IMG/VR virus record: IMGVR_UViG_3300013901_000011
Location: 1-28,922 of that record
DNA length: 28,922 nt
Reading direction: 5' to 3' (one strand)
DNA from: a virus
Below the pieces are notes generated by a model. It worked only from the letters and a program-made list of their open reading frames with translations, was not told the DNA's origin and made no database searches. The translations under genes were made by a program, and so were the position numbers. This document shows, in pieces, positions 1 through 9,366 of this stretch (its first letter is position 1; every line of letters begins with the position of its first letter).

Positions 1-3000
1 GTGTTAATGGTACTACTTTAACAATTACAAAAGGTTCTAATGCCACATCCACTATTACTTTACAAGACCTCAATAATAAAGTAACCCAAACCGCAGTTAC
101 AGCTAAAGATTATACTAATTGGCGTACTGTATTATGGGGCGCTTCAAATAATGCAACTGAAGGGTTTACACCTACTACTGTTACTGATGGTACTTATACT
201 TCTAATAATTTAAGTTTTCAACCTTCTACTGGCACTTTAAAAGCTACGATTTTTAAGGGTAGTTTAAATGGTAATGCTTCAACCGCTTCTTCGGCAACTA
301 AAGCTACTTATGATGGTGGTGGAACTAAGGAAATTCGTACTTATGTTAGTGATGTAGCTATTAGTGGAAGAACTATTACAGTAACAAGAGGTAATGGTAA
401 CACTTTTACTTTAACTACTCAAGATACTAATACCTGGCGTGGAATTCAAGATAATCTTACGAGTGATAGTACAACGGATTCATTATCTGCGGCGCAGGGT
501 AAATATTTAAAAAGTTTAATTGATGGTAAATCTAATAATGGTCATAATCATGATGATAGGTATTATACTGAAACTGAAATAGATAATAAATTAAAAACTT
601 ATGTTCCATTGGCTGGTGGAACGATGACTGGTGCTTTAAATTTTCAAAGAACTAGTACTGATAGAATTCAACCAAATCAACAAGATATAATAATTAATGG
701 TATTGCTGAATCTACAGCTGTTGGTAGTGCTCCAGGAATTGGTTTTCATATTGGCAATAAAAACTGGGGTTCTTTAAAATTTTTATCTGATGGTTCTTTT
801 AGATTTTATAATGGTAAAGCCGATGGTTATAATTCAGTATATGCCTCTAATTTTTATGGAGCATTAAAAGGTAATGCTGATACTGCAACAAATGCTACAA
901 ATGCAAATAAAGCTTCTAATGATTCTTCTGGAAATAGTATTGTTGGTACTTATTTTTCTAGTGTCAAAGTAGATGCAAATGATAGTCATAAATATAACTT
1001 TTTATCTCCAAATGGAACCACTAAGGGTTCTATCACTATCTATGATGAATTTCAAAAGAGAAGTACAGTTACAGCTACTACAGATTGGAATACCTTAATT
1101 AAAACTGGTATTTATAAAGTACAAATAACTACTTGGGGCGATGCTATTAAAATGCATTCACCTAATAGTTATAATGCTCAATTATATAGTTGTGGTATTT
1201 TATTAGTCTTCGAGAGCGTTTCTAATGATACTGAAAAAAGATTTACTCAGATTTTTATTCCACATAATGCAGGTATTAACGTTTCTGGGTCAGCCTATAA
1301 GAGGATGCATAATGGAAGTGATACTACTACAGGCTGGCAGGATTGGCATCCAATAGCAAGAGGATTAAATTGGAGTGAGTTGACAGGCAAACCAAATTAT
1401 GCGGGTTCCGGCAGTGCGGGCGGCGCAGCAACAAGTGCGAATAAATTAAATACTGACGCAGGTTCAAGTACTAGACCTGTCTATTTTAGTAATGGTATAC
1501 CCGTTATATGTGATACTACTATAGCCAATAATATATCTGGAAATGCAAATACTAGTACATTATTAAGACCTTATTACACAGCTTCTACTCTTAGTACCGG
1601 AACTTCTAGTTGGCGAAATGGAGTTACAGAAGGGAAAGTTGTATGGGGTCAATTATGGAAGGATACTAGCATTTCTAATGATACGGGAGACTTATGTTTA
1701 TGGATTAATAAAAGTGGAACAAATACTGTTCTTAATATGACCTTAGATGGAAGTGTAACAGCTATTTCTGGATTTAATGGAGATTTAATAAAAACTACTC
1801 CACAATTATGTGCTTCTAGTGAAAGTAATGAAATTACTATAAAAATTAATAATAATGGTATATTTAAAGATTCTATTGGTACGGCTAATGCTTCTTTGCG
1901 GAATGGCTTAGATTTTAAATGGTATAATACTAATTGGCAAGTAGGGAATATAAGAGGTTCAAGTACAGATTCTTTAGGATTTGGATTTGCCTTTAAAGCT
2001 GATGCAAAATCTACATTAGCATTAAAAGCTAGAATTGATACTAATGGTGTATATCATGGTGGAGTAGATAAATTAGCAACTCCAAGAACTATAACTTTAG
2101 ATGGATTAGGGCGAGGCTCTGTATCTTTTGATGGTTCTAAAGATGTAACTATCAAAGATGTTGGATATGGTTGTTCAAAATATGTAACTCAAAATACTAC
2201 TACTGCGCCGTATTATCGAATTGCTTATTACTCTAATAGTAATTCTTATCAAGATGCTTCAATGATTTTTAGTATAGATTCAGGTTATAATGGTGGTGGC
2301 TTTGGTATCATTAAAGTAAGTTTCCGCAGTAATAATATTACTACTGCAAATCAATCTAGCTGTGAAGTTAAATGGTTAGCGCGCCAAGGTTTTTCTGCTA
2401 ATCAGATTTTTGTAAAAGGAAACGCTCCGGCAGGTGGTGACCAATATGCTGATTTATATTTTAAAGCAACTGGTACTTATCAAGCAGTTACAATTAGGGT
2501 ACTATCTGCAGGTGGTCGTGGTAGTATGGGTAGATCCTGGACCTTTGAAGAGGGAACTCCTCGCGCTGCCACAGATATAAGAACTTATTCTTACACGGTT
2601 GAGGGAAGTGACTCTGGAATTGTATATAAGGCTAGTATTACAGATAAATTAACTACGGCTAGGACTATTACATTAGCAGGAGCTGTAACAGGTTCAGTTA
2701 ATTTTGATGGAAGCGCAAATGTAACTCTTACTACAAGTGTTAATCACACTCATAACTATGCGGGCTCTTCATCCGCAGGAGGCTCAGCCAATAGTGCAGT
2801 TAAACTGGATACCGCAACAGCAGGCTCCTCAACTCAACCAGTATATTTTACAGGCGGTAAACCAGTTGCATGTACTTATACATTAAGTAAATCAGTTCCC
2901 GCTGATGCTAAATTTACTGATACAAATACCTGGAGAGGAATCCAAAATAATGTTACTTCAGATTCCACCTCTGATTCTTTAAGTGCAGCGCAAGGAAAAT

Positions 3001-3986
3001 ATTTGAAGGGTCTTATTGATGGCAAAGCGGCAAGTAATCATGGACATAATATTATTGGTTTGCCAAGAGTTACTAAAGATGCTAATACGACTGCCCAGAA
3101 GAATACCTTTAAAGTTGAAGAATTTTCAAATGGAACTAATTATAATCTTCCTTCAAATCATTGGTATCATATTTATACTGGACAAGGTGATGATGCTAAT
3201 TATGCAACGCAATTAGCGCTTGGAATGACAACAACAAATATAGCCTATCGTGTTCGTAATGGAAGTGCTACTACTTGGGGCGGATGGAATACAATAATTC
3301 ACTCTGGAAATTATACATCTTATACGGTAACTAAAACCGGCTCAGGCGCCAGCGGCACTTGGGGAATTAATGTGTCAGGCTCTTCCACATCTTGTACTGG
3401 TAATGCTGCCACAGCGACTAAACTTCAAACAGCGCGCACTATTAGCTTAACAGGTTCGGTTACTGGCTCTGGAACCTTTGATGGTTCTGGTAATTTAAGT
3501 ATTACAACCTCAACTAATCACAGTCATAGTCAATATTTACCATTGGCTGGTGGAACGATGACAGGAACTATTAACTTTAATAATGATGTATTAGCTTGTA
3601 ATTTTAGAGCTAATAATGCTTCTTATCGTTCCGGTGTAATGCATCAATCAAGTGGAAATGAAGCATTAGTATTTGCAGCTGCTAATGCAGTTACAAGTTT
3701 TATATTTAAATGCGGAAAAGACCCTGTCGGGATGTCATCATCTACTTGGACTAGTATTACTCCTTCAATGCAAATAAAAAATCAAAGTGTATATATAAAT
3801 TCATTAATTGCAAATGGAACAACACCATCCTACAATTTATATGTAAATGGTTCTACACGTTGTAATGGAACTTTGGGGGTAGGAACTGGCTCAAGTGCGG
3901 AAATAGATTTCTTCCCTAATAGTTCTTCAACTATTGGCGCAAAGATTGTAGCCTATAGTGATAGAATAGAATTTGTATTTGTTTAA
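1..3986 (+). CDS. Large phage tail fibre / receptor-binding protein, 5'-partial (the reading frame is open from position 3 to the window edge; the TTG at 609 is only the first in-window start codon)
   Basis: The frame is uninterrupted from the window start to the TAA at 3984-3986. The product is Ser/Thr/Gly/Asn-rich and carries repeated modules typical of phage fibres. TDTNTWRGIQxNxTSDSTxDSLSAAQGKYLKxLIDGK occurs near nt 421-540 and again near nt 2920-3030. PLAGGTMTGxxNF occurs near nt 604-650 and nt 3541-3590. There are three copies of ...ARTI(T/S)LxGxxxGSxxFDGSxNxxxTTSxNH(T/S)H... . KTGSGASGTWGINxSG is shared with the downstream fibre genes. Confidence 0.8.
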   Translation, partial: VNGTTLTITKGSNATSTITLQDLNNKVTQTAVTAKDYTNWRTVLWGASNNATEGFTPTTVTDGTYTSNNLSFQPSTGTLKATIFKGSLNGNASTASSATKATYDGGGTKEIRTYVSDVAISGRTITVTRGNGNTFTLTTQDTNTWRGIQDNLTSDSTTDSLSAAQGKYLKSLIDGKSNNGHNHDDRYYTETEIDNKLKTYVPLAGGTMTGALNFQRTSTDRIQPNQQDIIINGIAESTAVGSAPGIGFHIGNKNWGSLKFLSDGSFRFYNGKADGYNSVYASNFYGALKGNADTATNATNANKASNDSSGNSIVGTYFSSVKVDANDSHKYNFLSPNGTTKGSITIYDEFQKRSTVTATTDWNTLIKTGIYKVQITTWGDAIKMHSPNSYNAQLYSCGILLVFESVSNDTEKRFTQIFIPHNAGINVSGSAYKRMHNGSDTTTGWQDWHPIARGLNWSELTGKPNYAGSGSAGGAATSANKLNTDAGSSTRPVYFSNGIPVICDTTIANNISGNANTSTLLRPYYTASTLSTGTSSWRNGVTEGKVVWGQLWKDTSISNDTGDLCLWINKSGTNTVLNMTLDGSVTAISGFNGDLIKTTPQLCASSESNEITIKINNNGIFKDSIGTANASLRNGLDFKWYNTNWQVGNIRGSSTDSLGFGFAFKADAKSTLALKARIDTNGVYHGGVDKLATPRTITLDGLGRGSVSFDGSKDVTIKDVGYGCSKYVTQNTTTAPYYRIAYYSNSNSYQDASMIFSIDSGYNGGGFGIIKVSFRSNNITTANQSSCEVKWLARQGFSANQIFVKGNAPAGGDQYADLYFKATGTYQAVTIRVLSAGGRGSMGRSWTFEEGTPRAATDIRTYSYTVEGSDSGIVYKASITDKLTTARTITLAGAVTGSVNFDGSANVTLTTSVNHTHNYAGSSSAGGSANSAVKLDTATAGSSTQPVYFTGGKPVACTYTLSKSVPADAKFTDTNTWRGIQNNVTSDSTSDSLSAAQGKYLKGLIDGKAASNHGHNIIGLPRVTKDANTTAQKNTFKVEEFSNGTNYNLPSNHWYHIYTGQGDDANYATQLALGMTTTNIAYRVRNGSATTWGGWNTIIHSGNYTSYTVTKTGSGASGTWGINVSGSSTSCTGNAATATKLQTARTISLTGSVTGSGTFDGSGNLSITTSTNHSHSQYLPLAGGTMTGTINFNNDVLACNFRANNASYRSGVMHQSSGNEALVFAAANAVTSFIFKCGKDPVGMSSSTWTSITPSMQIKNQSVYINSLIANGTTPSYNLYVNGSTRCNGTLGVGTGSSAEIDFFPNSSSTIGAKIVAYSDRIEFVFV

Positions 3987-3999
3987 TATAAAGATTAAT

Positions 4000-4036
4000 A
4001 GGTTAAGGTCAAATTGACTTTAACCTATTTTTTTTA
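4000..4036 (+). terminator. Rho-independent terminator after the large fibre gene
   Basis: The hairpin is aggttaaggtca-aat-tgactttaacct, a 12-bp stem with one G·U pair. It is followed directly by tattttttttat. Confidence 0.7.
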
Positions 4037-4123
4037 TACTATTTTTTTAGATATAAAGGAGATTAAGTATATGATTTGGGATAAAAAATTAAATGATATA
4101 AAGGCTAAATTAGGTGATTAATT

Positions 4124-4921
4124 ATGCTAGATGACTTTAGAAATAATCTATTTTTAGAGGCTTATAATGTTGCGAATTTTGATAAACCGCACTTACTTTT
4201 TACTAGTAATCAAACATTTAGTGCAACTAATTCTTATACAAGAATTAATTATACTAGTGGAGTACCACAAGCATATTATGAAAATGGAACTACTATAAAG
4301 ATAAGGCAAAATTATGGTAAGAGCTTTGGATATTGTGGTTTTGTGAAATTTTATTCTAATGATAGTATATTAGATATAGGAGCATATAATGAAGTAGGAG
4401 AGCAATTTACTTTTAATGTACAGGATTATATAAAAAATCGTGGTGAAGATTTATTTTTTTATGTAGATTTAGAATATAACTCTAACAATGCATATACATT
4501 AACAGTGAATATATATAATATGTTACAGAATAAATGGGTTTATATAGGTAGTAAAAATGTTACTTTGCCGAGTGGCTATAGTACTAGTGCAGTTTCAAAT
4601 TATTGCCCAGGCTTTATATTTACTACTTCTAATCCTGTATATGTGTATAATTTTAGAGGATATGGCAGTAGAATTGGTAGAGCTAATGCAGAAGATTTAG
4701 TTAGAGGAAAAGTATACTATATTAAATCTACCAATACATTAATGGCTCCTTGCTTTAATGAATATAAAGGTAATGATTATTATAATGGGGCGCATAATTA
4801 TACTAATACTTGCTTTTCTAGAAAAGGCGGTGTTTGTGTTAAAGGTAGTATTGAACAATCTGGTTTAAATAGAATTACTAAGACTGGAGATGTAAAATAT
4901 AATGATATTATTGAATATTAA
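4124..4921 (+). CDS. Hypothetical protein, probably a fibre-associated adhesin or assembly protein (Asn/Tyr-rich, predicted beta-rich)
   Basis: The ORF sits immediately downstream of the giant fibre and upstream of three fibre paralogs. It has an AGGTGA ribosome-binding site 6 nt upstream. I recognise no known motif. Confidence 0.5.
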   Translation: MLDDFRNNLFLEAYNVANFDKPHLLFTSNQTFSATNSYTRINYTSGVPQAYYENGTTIKIRQNYGKSFGYCGFVKFYSNDSILDIGAYNEVGEQFTFNVQDYIKNRGEDLFFYVDLEYNSNNAYTLTVNIYNMLQNKWVYIGSKNVTLPSGYSTSAVSNYCPGFIFTTSNPVYVYNFRGYGSRIGRANAEDLVRGKVYYIKSTNTLMAPCFNEYKGNDYYNGAHNYTNTCFSRKGGVCVKGSIEQSGLNRITKTGDVKYNDIIEY

Positions 4922-4932
4922 AAGGAGATAAA

Positions 4933-6030
4933 ATGGCAGTTTTAAAAGACACAACAATTAATGGAACTTTAACTTTAACAGGGAATGGTTATATAACTCT
5001 TCCTAAAAAATCTGTTACATGGCTGCAAGGCTTTCAGCAATCTCCAATTAAAGTAACAGACGCTACTGATAATAGTGGTTATCATCCTTGGATAATTCAA
5101 AAAAATACAAGCGCAAGTAAAATGTTTACCATGGGAATTTTTCAAAATTATTTTGTAATTGCCGGAAGTGCCACCTCTAGAACAACAAATGGTTATGATT
5201 ATGGTTGGTTCTTTAATGTTAGTAACGGTGAACTAAAATTAAATAATAATTATTTATATTTACATTCAAATAATTATACGAATTATGCACCATCTAAAAC
5301 GGGGTCTGGTGCTTCTGGTACTTGGGGAATTAACATCTCTGGTAACGCTGCAAGTTTATCTTCAACTTTGGCAATTAGTAAAGGTGGCACTGGAGCCACT
5401 AGTTTTACCGCTAATAGATTAATATATTATAATGGCTCTAAACTTGTATCGAGCAATGCTTATATAAGTGGTCAAGAAATAGGATTTAATGTAAGCAATA
5501 CTAGTACTGTCAGATTTTATACTAAAAACAATAATAATAACGCTGATTTACGAGTGTCTACAAATGCTGGTGTTTATCATACTAATGCTAGCGGTAGTAG
5601 TACTGCTAAATGGCTTATTTATATTAATACATCGGGCACAGTTACCGCAAACACTTCTGACAGAAGAAAGAAAAAATATATTGAAGATACCACTGAATAT
5701 GAAGCTATTTCAATATTAAAAAATATAAAAATTCGTAATTTTATTTACAAAGAAGATATAGGACATAATAATTTAATTCAAAATGGTATATTTGCCCAAG
5801 ATTTACGCGATGTTATGAAACAATACAATATAAGTAATCGTCCATGGTTACAATGGCATTATAATACTGACGATAATGTTTATTATGATATTAATGAATC
5901 AGAAACGGATAACATGACTTATGAAATTAATTATTCTAGTTTAATTCCATTGCTAATAAAAGGATGGCAAATTAATGAAAATAAAATTTCTCAACTAAAA
6001 GATAAAATTAAAGAATTAGAGGAAATATAA
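4933..6030 (+). CDS. Tail fibre protein with a C-terminal intramolecular chaperone (peptidase S74-like) domain
   Basis: The C-terminal part contains ...NTSDRRKKKYIED...NIKIRNFIYKEDIGHNNLIQNGIFAQDLRD... . This matches the S74 auto-processing chaperone pattern (S-D-x-R-x-K ... G-x-I-A-Q-D/E). The central KTGSGASGTWGINISGNA module is shared with the giant fibre. The N-terminus is paralogous to the next gene. Confidence 0.7.
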   Translation: MAVLKDTTINGTLTLTGNGYITLPKKSVTWLQGFQQSPIKVTDATDNSGYHPWIIQKNTSASKMFTMGIFQNYFVIAGSATSRTTNGYDYGWFFNVSNGELKLNNNYLYLHSNNYTNYAPSKTGSGASGTWGINISGNAASLSSTLAISKGGTGATSFTANRLIYYNGSKLVSSNAYISGQEIGFNVSNTSTVRFYTKNNNNNADLRVSTNAGVYHTNASGSSTAKWLIYINTSGTVTANTSDRRKKKYIEDTTEYEAISILKNIKIRNFIYKEDIGHNNLIQNGIFAQDLRDVMKQYNISNRPWLQWHYNTDDNVYYDINESETDNMTYEINYSSLIPLLIKGWQINENKISQLKDKIKELEEI

Positions 6031-6033
6031 ATT

Positions 6034-7344
6034 ATGTCTAGATTACGTTCCACTTTAATTAATGGAAATTTAGCTATTACTGAAACCGTTACAATTCCTC
6101 AAAGAAGTGCCACATGGTTAAATGGATTTAATAATTCGCCAATTAAAATAACTGATAGTACTAATTCATCTGATTATACTCCTTGGATTATACATCAAAA
6201 CACTAGTAGTTCTTTTGATTTTTATAGTCACGCTAGTTTTGGTTCTTATATTAATGATATTACTTTAGTAGGACTAAATAAAAAAGAAGCAGATGATGAA
6301 GTAGAGATTGAAATTCCTGATGAGGCAGAAGAACTTACCCCAGAATTTAGCAGTAAAAATAATTCTAAAATAACTACATATTCTAGCGATAATCCTTCAG
6401 AGATAGATACAAATTGCATGGTTAGATGGTGGTTTGATTCAAATAGTGGTGGTTTTGGCGTAGTTGGTAGCAAAAAAAGACTAAATAATAAAAATTGTTA
6501 TTATATTCATTCAAATAATTATACTAGTTATATGCCATCTAAAACAGGTAGTGGAGCTTCTGGAACTTGGGGTATTAATATTTCTGGTAATGCCGCAGGA
6601 TTATCTTCGGTTTTAACAGTTTCTAAAGGAGGAACCGGTAATAGTTCAATGCATTCTGGTAGTGTTTTAATTTCAGCAAATCCAGCTTCAAGAATAGGGA
6701 CTTATTCTTATTTTAAAGGGGCCAATTTAGAGATAGGTTACCAAACTTCTTCTGGAGAAACTAATATACAGGTAGCTAATTATTATAACTGTGTAAGATT
6801 AACTACAAATTCTAATGCTGGTATATATTGTTATGCGCCAGATTTTTCTGATGGACATAATAATCCACCATCAGGTACTGGTTATCATACTAGTATTACA
6901 AAATGGCTTATTTATATTAATACTTCTGGTACAGTTACAAAGAATACTTCAGACAAAAGAAAAAAATTTTATATAGAAGATATGCCAGAAGATGAGACTC
7001 GTGTATTATTAAATATTCCTATTCGTAATTTTATTTATAAAGAAGATATAGGCCATAATGACCTCGAACAAAATGGTATTTTTGCTCAAGATTTGCGTGA
7101 AGCAATGAAGGCTAATAACATAAGTAATCGCCCTTGGTTACAATGGGAATATAATGATAATGACAGAGATGATGTATATTATGATATTAATTCTCCAGAA
7201 AAAGATGATATGACTTATTCTGTATCGTATAATCATATGGTTCCAGCTCTTATCAAAGGTTGGCAAATGCAAAATAAAGAAATAGAAGAACTAGAGAAAA
7301 AACTCGCTATATTAAGAATTAAGAAAATTGAAAGTGGGGTGTAA
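6034..7344 (+). CDS. Tail fibre protein paralog with a C-terminal intramolecular chaperone (peptidase S74-like) domain
   Basis: The N-terminus (MSRLRSTLINGNLAITETVTIPQRSATWLNGFNNSPIKITD...) is paralogous to the ORF at 4933. The C-terminal part reads ...NTSDKRKKFYIEDM...IRNFIYKEDIGHNDLEQNGIFAQDLRE... . About 250 bp of the 3' DNA is clearly similar to the 3' end of the previous gene. Confidence 0.7.
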   Translation: MSRLRSTLINGNLAITETVTIPQRSATWLNGFNNSPIKITDSTNSSDYTPWIIHQNTSSSFDFYSHASFGSYINDITLVGLNKKEADDEVEIEIPDEAEELTPEFSSKNNSKITTYSSDNPSEIDTNCMVRWWFDSNSGGFGVVGSKKRLNNKNCYYIHSNNYTSYMPSKTGSGASGTWGINISGNAAGLSSVLTVSKGGTGNSSMHSGSVLISANPASRIGTYSYFKGANLEIGYQTSSGETNIQVANYYNCVRLTTNSNAGIYCYAPDFSDGHNNPPSGTGYHTSITKWLIYINTSGTVTKNTSDKRKKFYIEDMPEDETRVLLNIPIRNFIYKEDIGHNDLEQNGIFAQDLREAMKANNISNRPWLQWEYNDNDRDDVYYDINSPEKDDMTYSVSYNHMVPALIKGWQMQNKEIEELEKKLAILRIKKIESGV

Positions 7345-7350
7345 TTAACT

Positions 7351-8472
7351 ATGCCAGCGAATTTAATTTTTTATAAAACAGGGCAATTATCATGCATAGA
7401 TTCTTCTGTAAGTAGTAGCTCAGATGATGAAATTACTATAACTGAACCTTTCTGGACAATTACAGAAGATGGTTATTTTGATGGAGTAGCAAACAATGCT
7501 GAAACAGCAGATACTGCGTCAGTAGCTAATAAACTAGGAACTTCTACTCTTGGAGGAGCAACTAAGCCTATATATTTACTTTCGGGAAAAGCAACAGCTT
7601 GTAGTGATTTAATGCCTAAATCTGGAGGAACTTTTTCTGGAGCTGTAACATTTAATAGTACAGTTACATGTAATTCTACTTTAAAATGTGGAGAATATAT
7701 AAAAAGTAGTAAATCACAATATTCTAGTGTAACAAGTTATATTGATATGGCAGCTACTTCTACTCAATCTGGTGTTAGTGGTGCTATTTGTATTAGAAAC
7801 AGTAATGGAATACATATACAGGGTAATATTGTTGTAATTGAAGGTAACACAAGTACACCTGCTGCATATGAAACTGGATATCATACGACAGAGACTGGAA
7901 ATATGTGTGTTAGAGGAAAATTTCTATGTAAAAATGCTATAGGCTCATCTTATATGTATAATAATGATAAGGTAACTAGTGCAGCTAATGTATATGTTAC
8001 ATCTAATGGATGGTTGAGAAGAAGTACTTCTTCAGCAAGATATAAATTAGATATTAAAGAGATAGAAGAAGATGAAAAATATCCTTATAAAATTTTAAAT
8101 CTTAAACCAAAACAATGGTTTGATAAAACCGCCGTTGAAAAATATTCTCAATGGCTAGAAGGTAAAATTCCAAAAGATGAATTAGACGATTATTCAATAG
8201 ATTCTTATTATGGATTAATAGCCGAAGATGTAGAAAAAGTTGGTTTAAATAAATTTTGTTTTTATGGCTATGACAATGCTCGTAATTTAAAAACTGTAGA
8301 AGGTATTCAATATGATAGATTACCAATCTTATTTATACCAATATTAAATGATTGTATTGATTGCTTTAAAGCTATTTTACCAACAGTAAAAGAGAATATA
8401 AAGGATAAAAAGACTTTAGATAAAATTGCTTCACTTGAAGATAAATTTAATTCTATTGGACTTTCTTCCTAA
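7351..8472 (+). CDS. Third tail fibre-like protein with a divergent S74-like C-terminal chaperone domain
   Basis: The N-terminal part carries fibre motifs ANKLGTSTLGGATKPIYLLSGKATAC and PKSGGTFSGAVTFN, which echo the giant fibre. The C-terminal part reads ...RRSTSSARYKLDIKEI...YGLIAEDVEKVG, a relaxed version of the S-x-x-R-x-K / G-x-I-A-E-D pattern. Confidence 0.6.
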   Translation: MPANLIFYKTGQLSCIDSSVSSSSDDEITITEPFWTITEDGYFDGVANNAETADTASVANKLGTSTLGGATKPIYLLSGKATACSDLMPKSGGTFSGAVTFNSTVTCNSTLKCGEYIKSSKSQYSSVTSYIDMAATSTQSGVSGAICIRNSNGIHIQGNIVVIEGNTSTPAAYETGYHTTETGNMCVRGKFLCKNAIGSSYMYNNDKVTSAANVYVTSNGWLRRSTSSARYKLDIKEIEEDEKYPYKILNLKPKQWFDKTAVEKYSQWLEGKIPKDELDDYSIDSYYGLIAEDVEKVGLNKFCFYGYDNARNLKTVEGIQYDRLPILFIPILNDCIDCFKAILPTVKENIKDKKTLDKIASLEDKFNSIGLSS

Positions 8473-8510
8473 TTTATTGTAATATATAAATAAAAAAGGA
8501 GATATAAAGA

Positions 8511-8789
8511 GTGAGATTACGTGCGGGAGATGTAGTTAAACATTTTAAGCGAGAAACTCTTTCACAAGAAGAACAGGAAAACAGTACTAAATATTTGTAT
8601 ATAATTTATGATTTTGCGGAGCATACTGAAACTGGCGAAAAACTGGTTATTTATCACGGCTTGTATGCACCTTATAAATTATATGCTAGACCAATGGATA
8701 TGTTTTTTAGTGAAGTTGATAAAGAAAAATATCCAAATATAAAACAAAAATATCGTTTTGAACAATGGGAGGGAAAGCAAGATGAATAG
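8511..8789 (+). CDS. DUF1653-like small protein
   Basis: The start codon is GTG, preceded by aaaggag. The pattern G-DVVKHFK...Y.YII.DFAEHTETGEKLVIYHGLY...LYARPMDMFFSEV...RFEQ matches my recollection of the DUF1653 consensus (G.YKHFKG..Y.V...A.HSET.E..VVY..LY....W.RP..MF...V...PRFE). Confidence 0.55.
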   Translation: MRLRAGDVVKHFKRETLSQEEQENSTKYLYIIYDFAEHTETGEKLVIYHGLYAPYKLYARPMDMFFSEVDKEKYPNIKQKYRFEQWEGKQDE

Positions 8790-9177
8790 TCTTGAAATTT
8801 TAAAACAAATTTTTGACGTGTGTATTGTTCCTTTAATTGCTATTCTAACTTCTTATCTAGTTAGTTACATCCAAGTCCAAAAGGAGCAATTAAAGAAAAA
8901 GACAGATAATGATTTATTAAATAAGTACATTGATATGGCGGCTAGCACTATTGCGGATTGTGTTACAACAACCAATCAAACGTATGTAGATGCCTTAAAA
9001 AAGGAAGGTAAATTTGATGAAAAAGCGCAAAAGGTTGCCTTCCAGAAAACTTTAAATGCGGTTTTAGCTTTACTTACTAAAGAAGCTAAAGAATATTTAA
9101 CTGAAGCTTATGGAGACTTGAACTTATACTTAACTAATAAGATTGAGTCCACGGTTAATGAGAAAAAATCTAAATAA
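8782..9177 (+). CDS. Single-pass membrane protein with a charged coiled-coil tail. It may be BhlA/UviB-like and holin-like. The ORF track gives 8758, but the ATG at 8782 is preferred.
   Basis: There is a GGAGGG ribosome-binding site about 9 nt upstream of the ATG at 8782. An ATGAATAG overlap joins it to the stop of the upstream gene. One N-terminal transmembrane segment (ILKQIFDVCIVPLIAILTSYLVSYIQV) is followed by a Lys/Glu-rich helical region. Confidence 0.4.
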   Translation: MNSLEILKQIFDVCIVPLIAILTSYLVSYIQVQKEQLKKKTDNDLLNKYIDMAASTIADCVTTTNQTYVDALKKEGKFDEKAQKVAFQKTLNAVLALLTKEAKEYLTEAYGDLNLYLTNKIESTVNEKKSK

Positions 9178-9187
9178 TATATTACCA

Positions 9188-9229
9188 AAGGGGTAGGCTC
9201 TTGAATAAGGAGCCTACCCCTTATTTTAC
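9188..9229 (+). terminator. Rho-independent terminator
   Basis: A GC-rich 13-bp stem (aaggggtaggctc / gagcctacccctt) carries a 9-nt loop and is followed by attttacg. Confidence 0.6.
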
Positions 9230-9366
9230 GTTATACCAAAAAATTTTTAGAAAAATATTTTGGACTCTAGGAGAAATCTGGGCGAAGGAAGTAAAAGATT
9301 CCCAAAAAATTCGCATATACTTATGAAAGGAAGAGGGAAAAAGTTAATAGAAAGAAGGTAAGTAAA

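Noticed and set aside
609-611. The ORF track gives a TTG start at 609 for the giant fibre.
   Set aside because: The same frame is open back to position 3 with fibre-like sequence (internal repeats of downstream modules). The gene therefore starts upstream of the window, and 609 is only the first in-window start codon.
3016-3216. Short ORFs on the opposite strand or in alternative frames inside large genes: 3016-3216, 6246-6473, 8102-8326, 9247-9429, 11579-11773, 17241-17435, 18356-18562, 21199-21399, 22585-22812, 25050-25304, 25548-25742, 26553-26801 and 27753-28091.
   Set aside because: All are embedded within well-supported longer coding regions. Their products are low-complexity Leu/Ile/Phe-rich, as expected from antisense reading of AT-rich DNA, and they have no ribosome-binding sites. 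They are judged spurious.
8758-8781. The ATG at 8758 as the start of the membrane-protein gene.
   Set aside because: It would overlap the last 32 nt of the DUF1653 gene. The ATG at 8782 has a GGAGGG ribosome-binding site at proper spacing and forms a classic ATGAATAG stop/start overlap, so 8782 is preferred.
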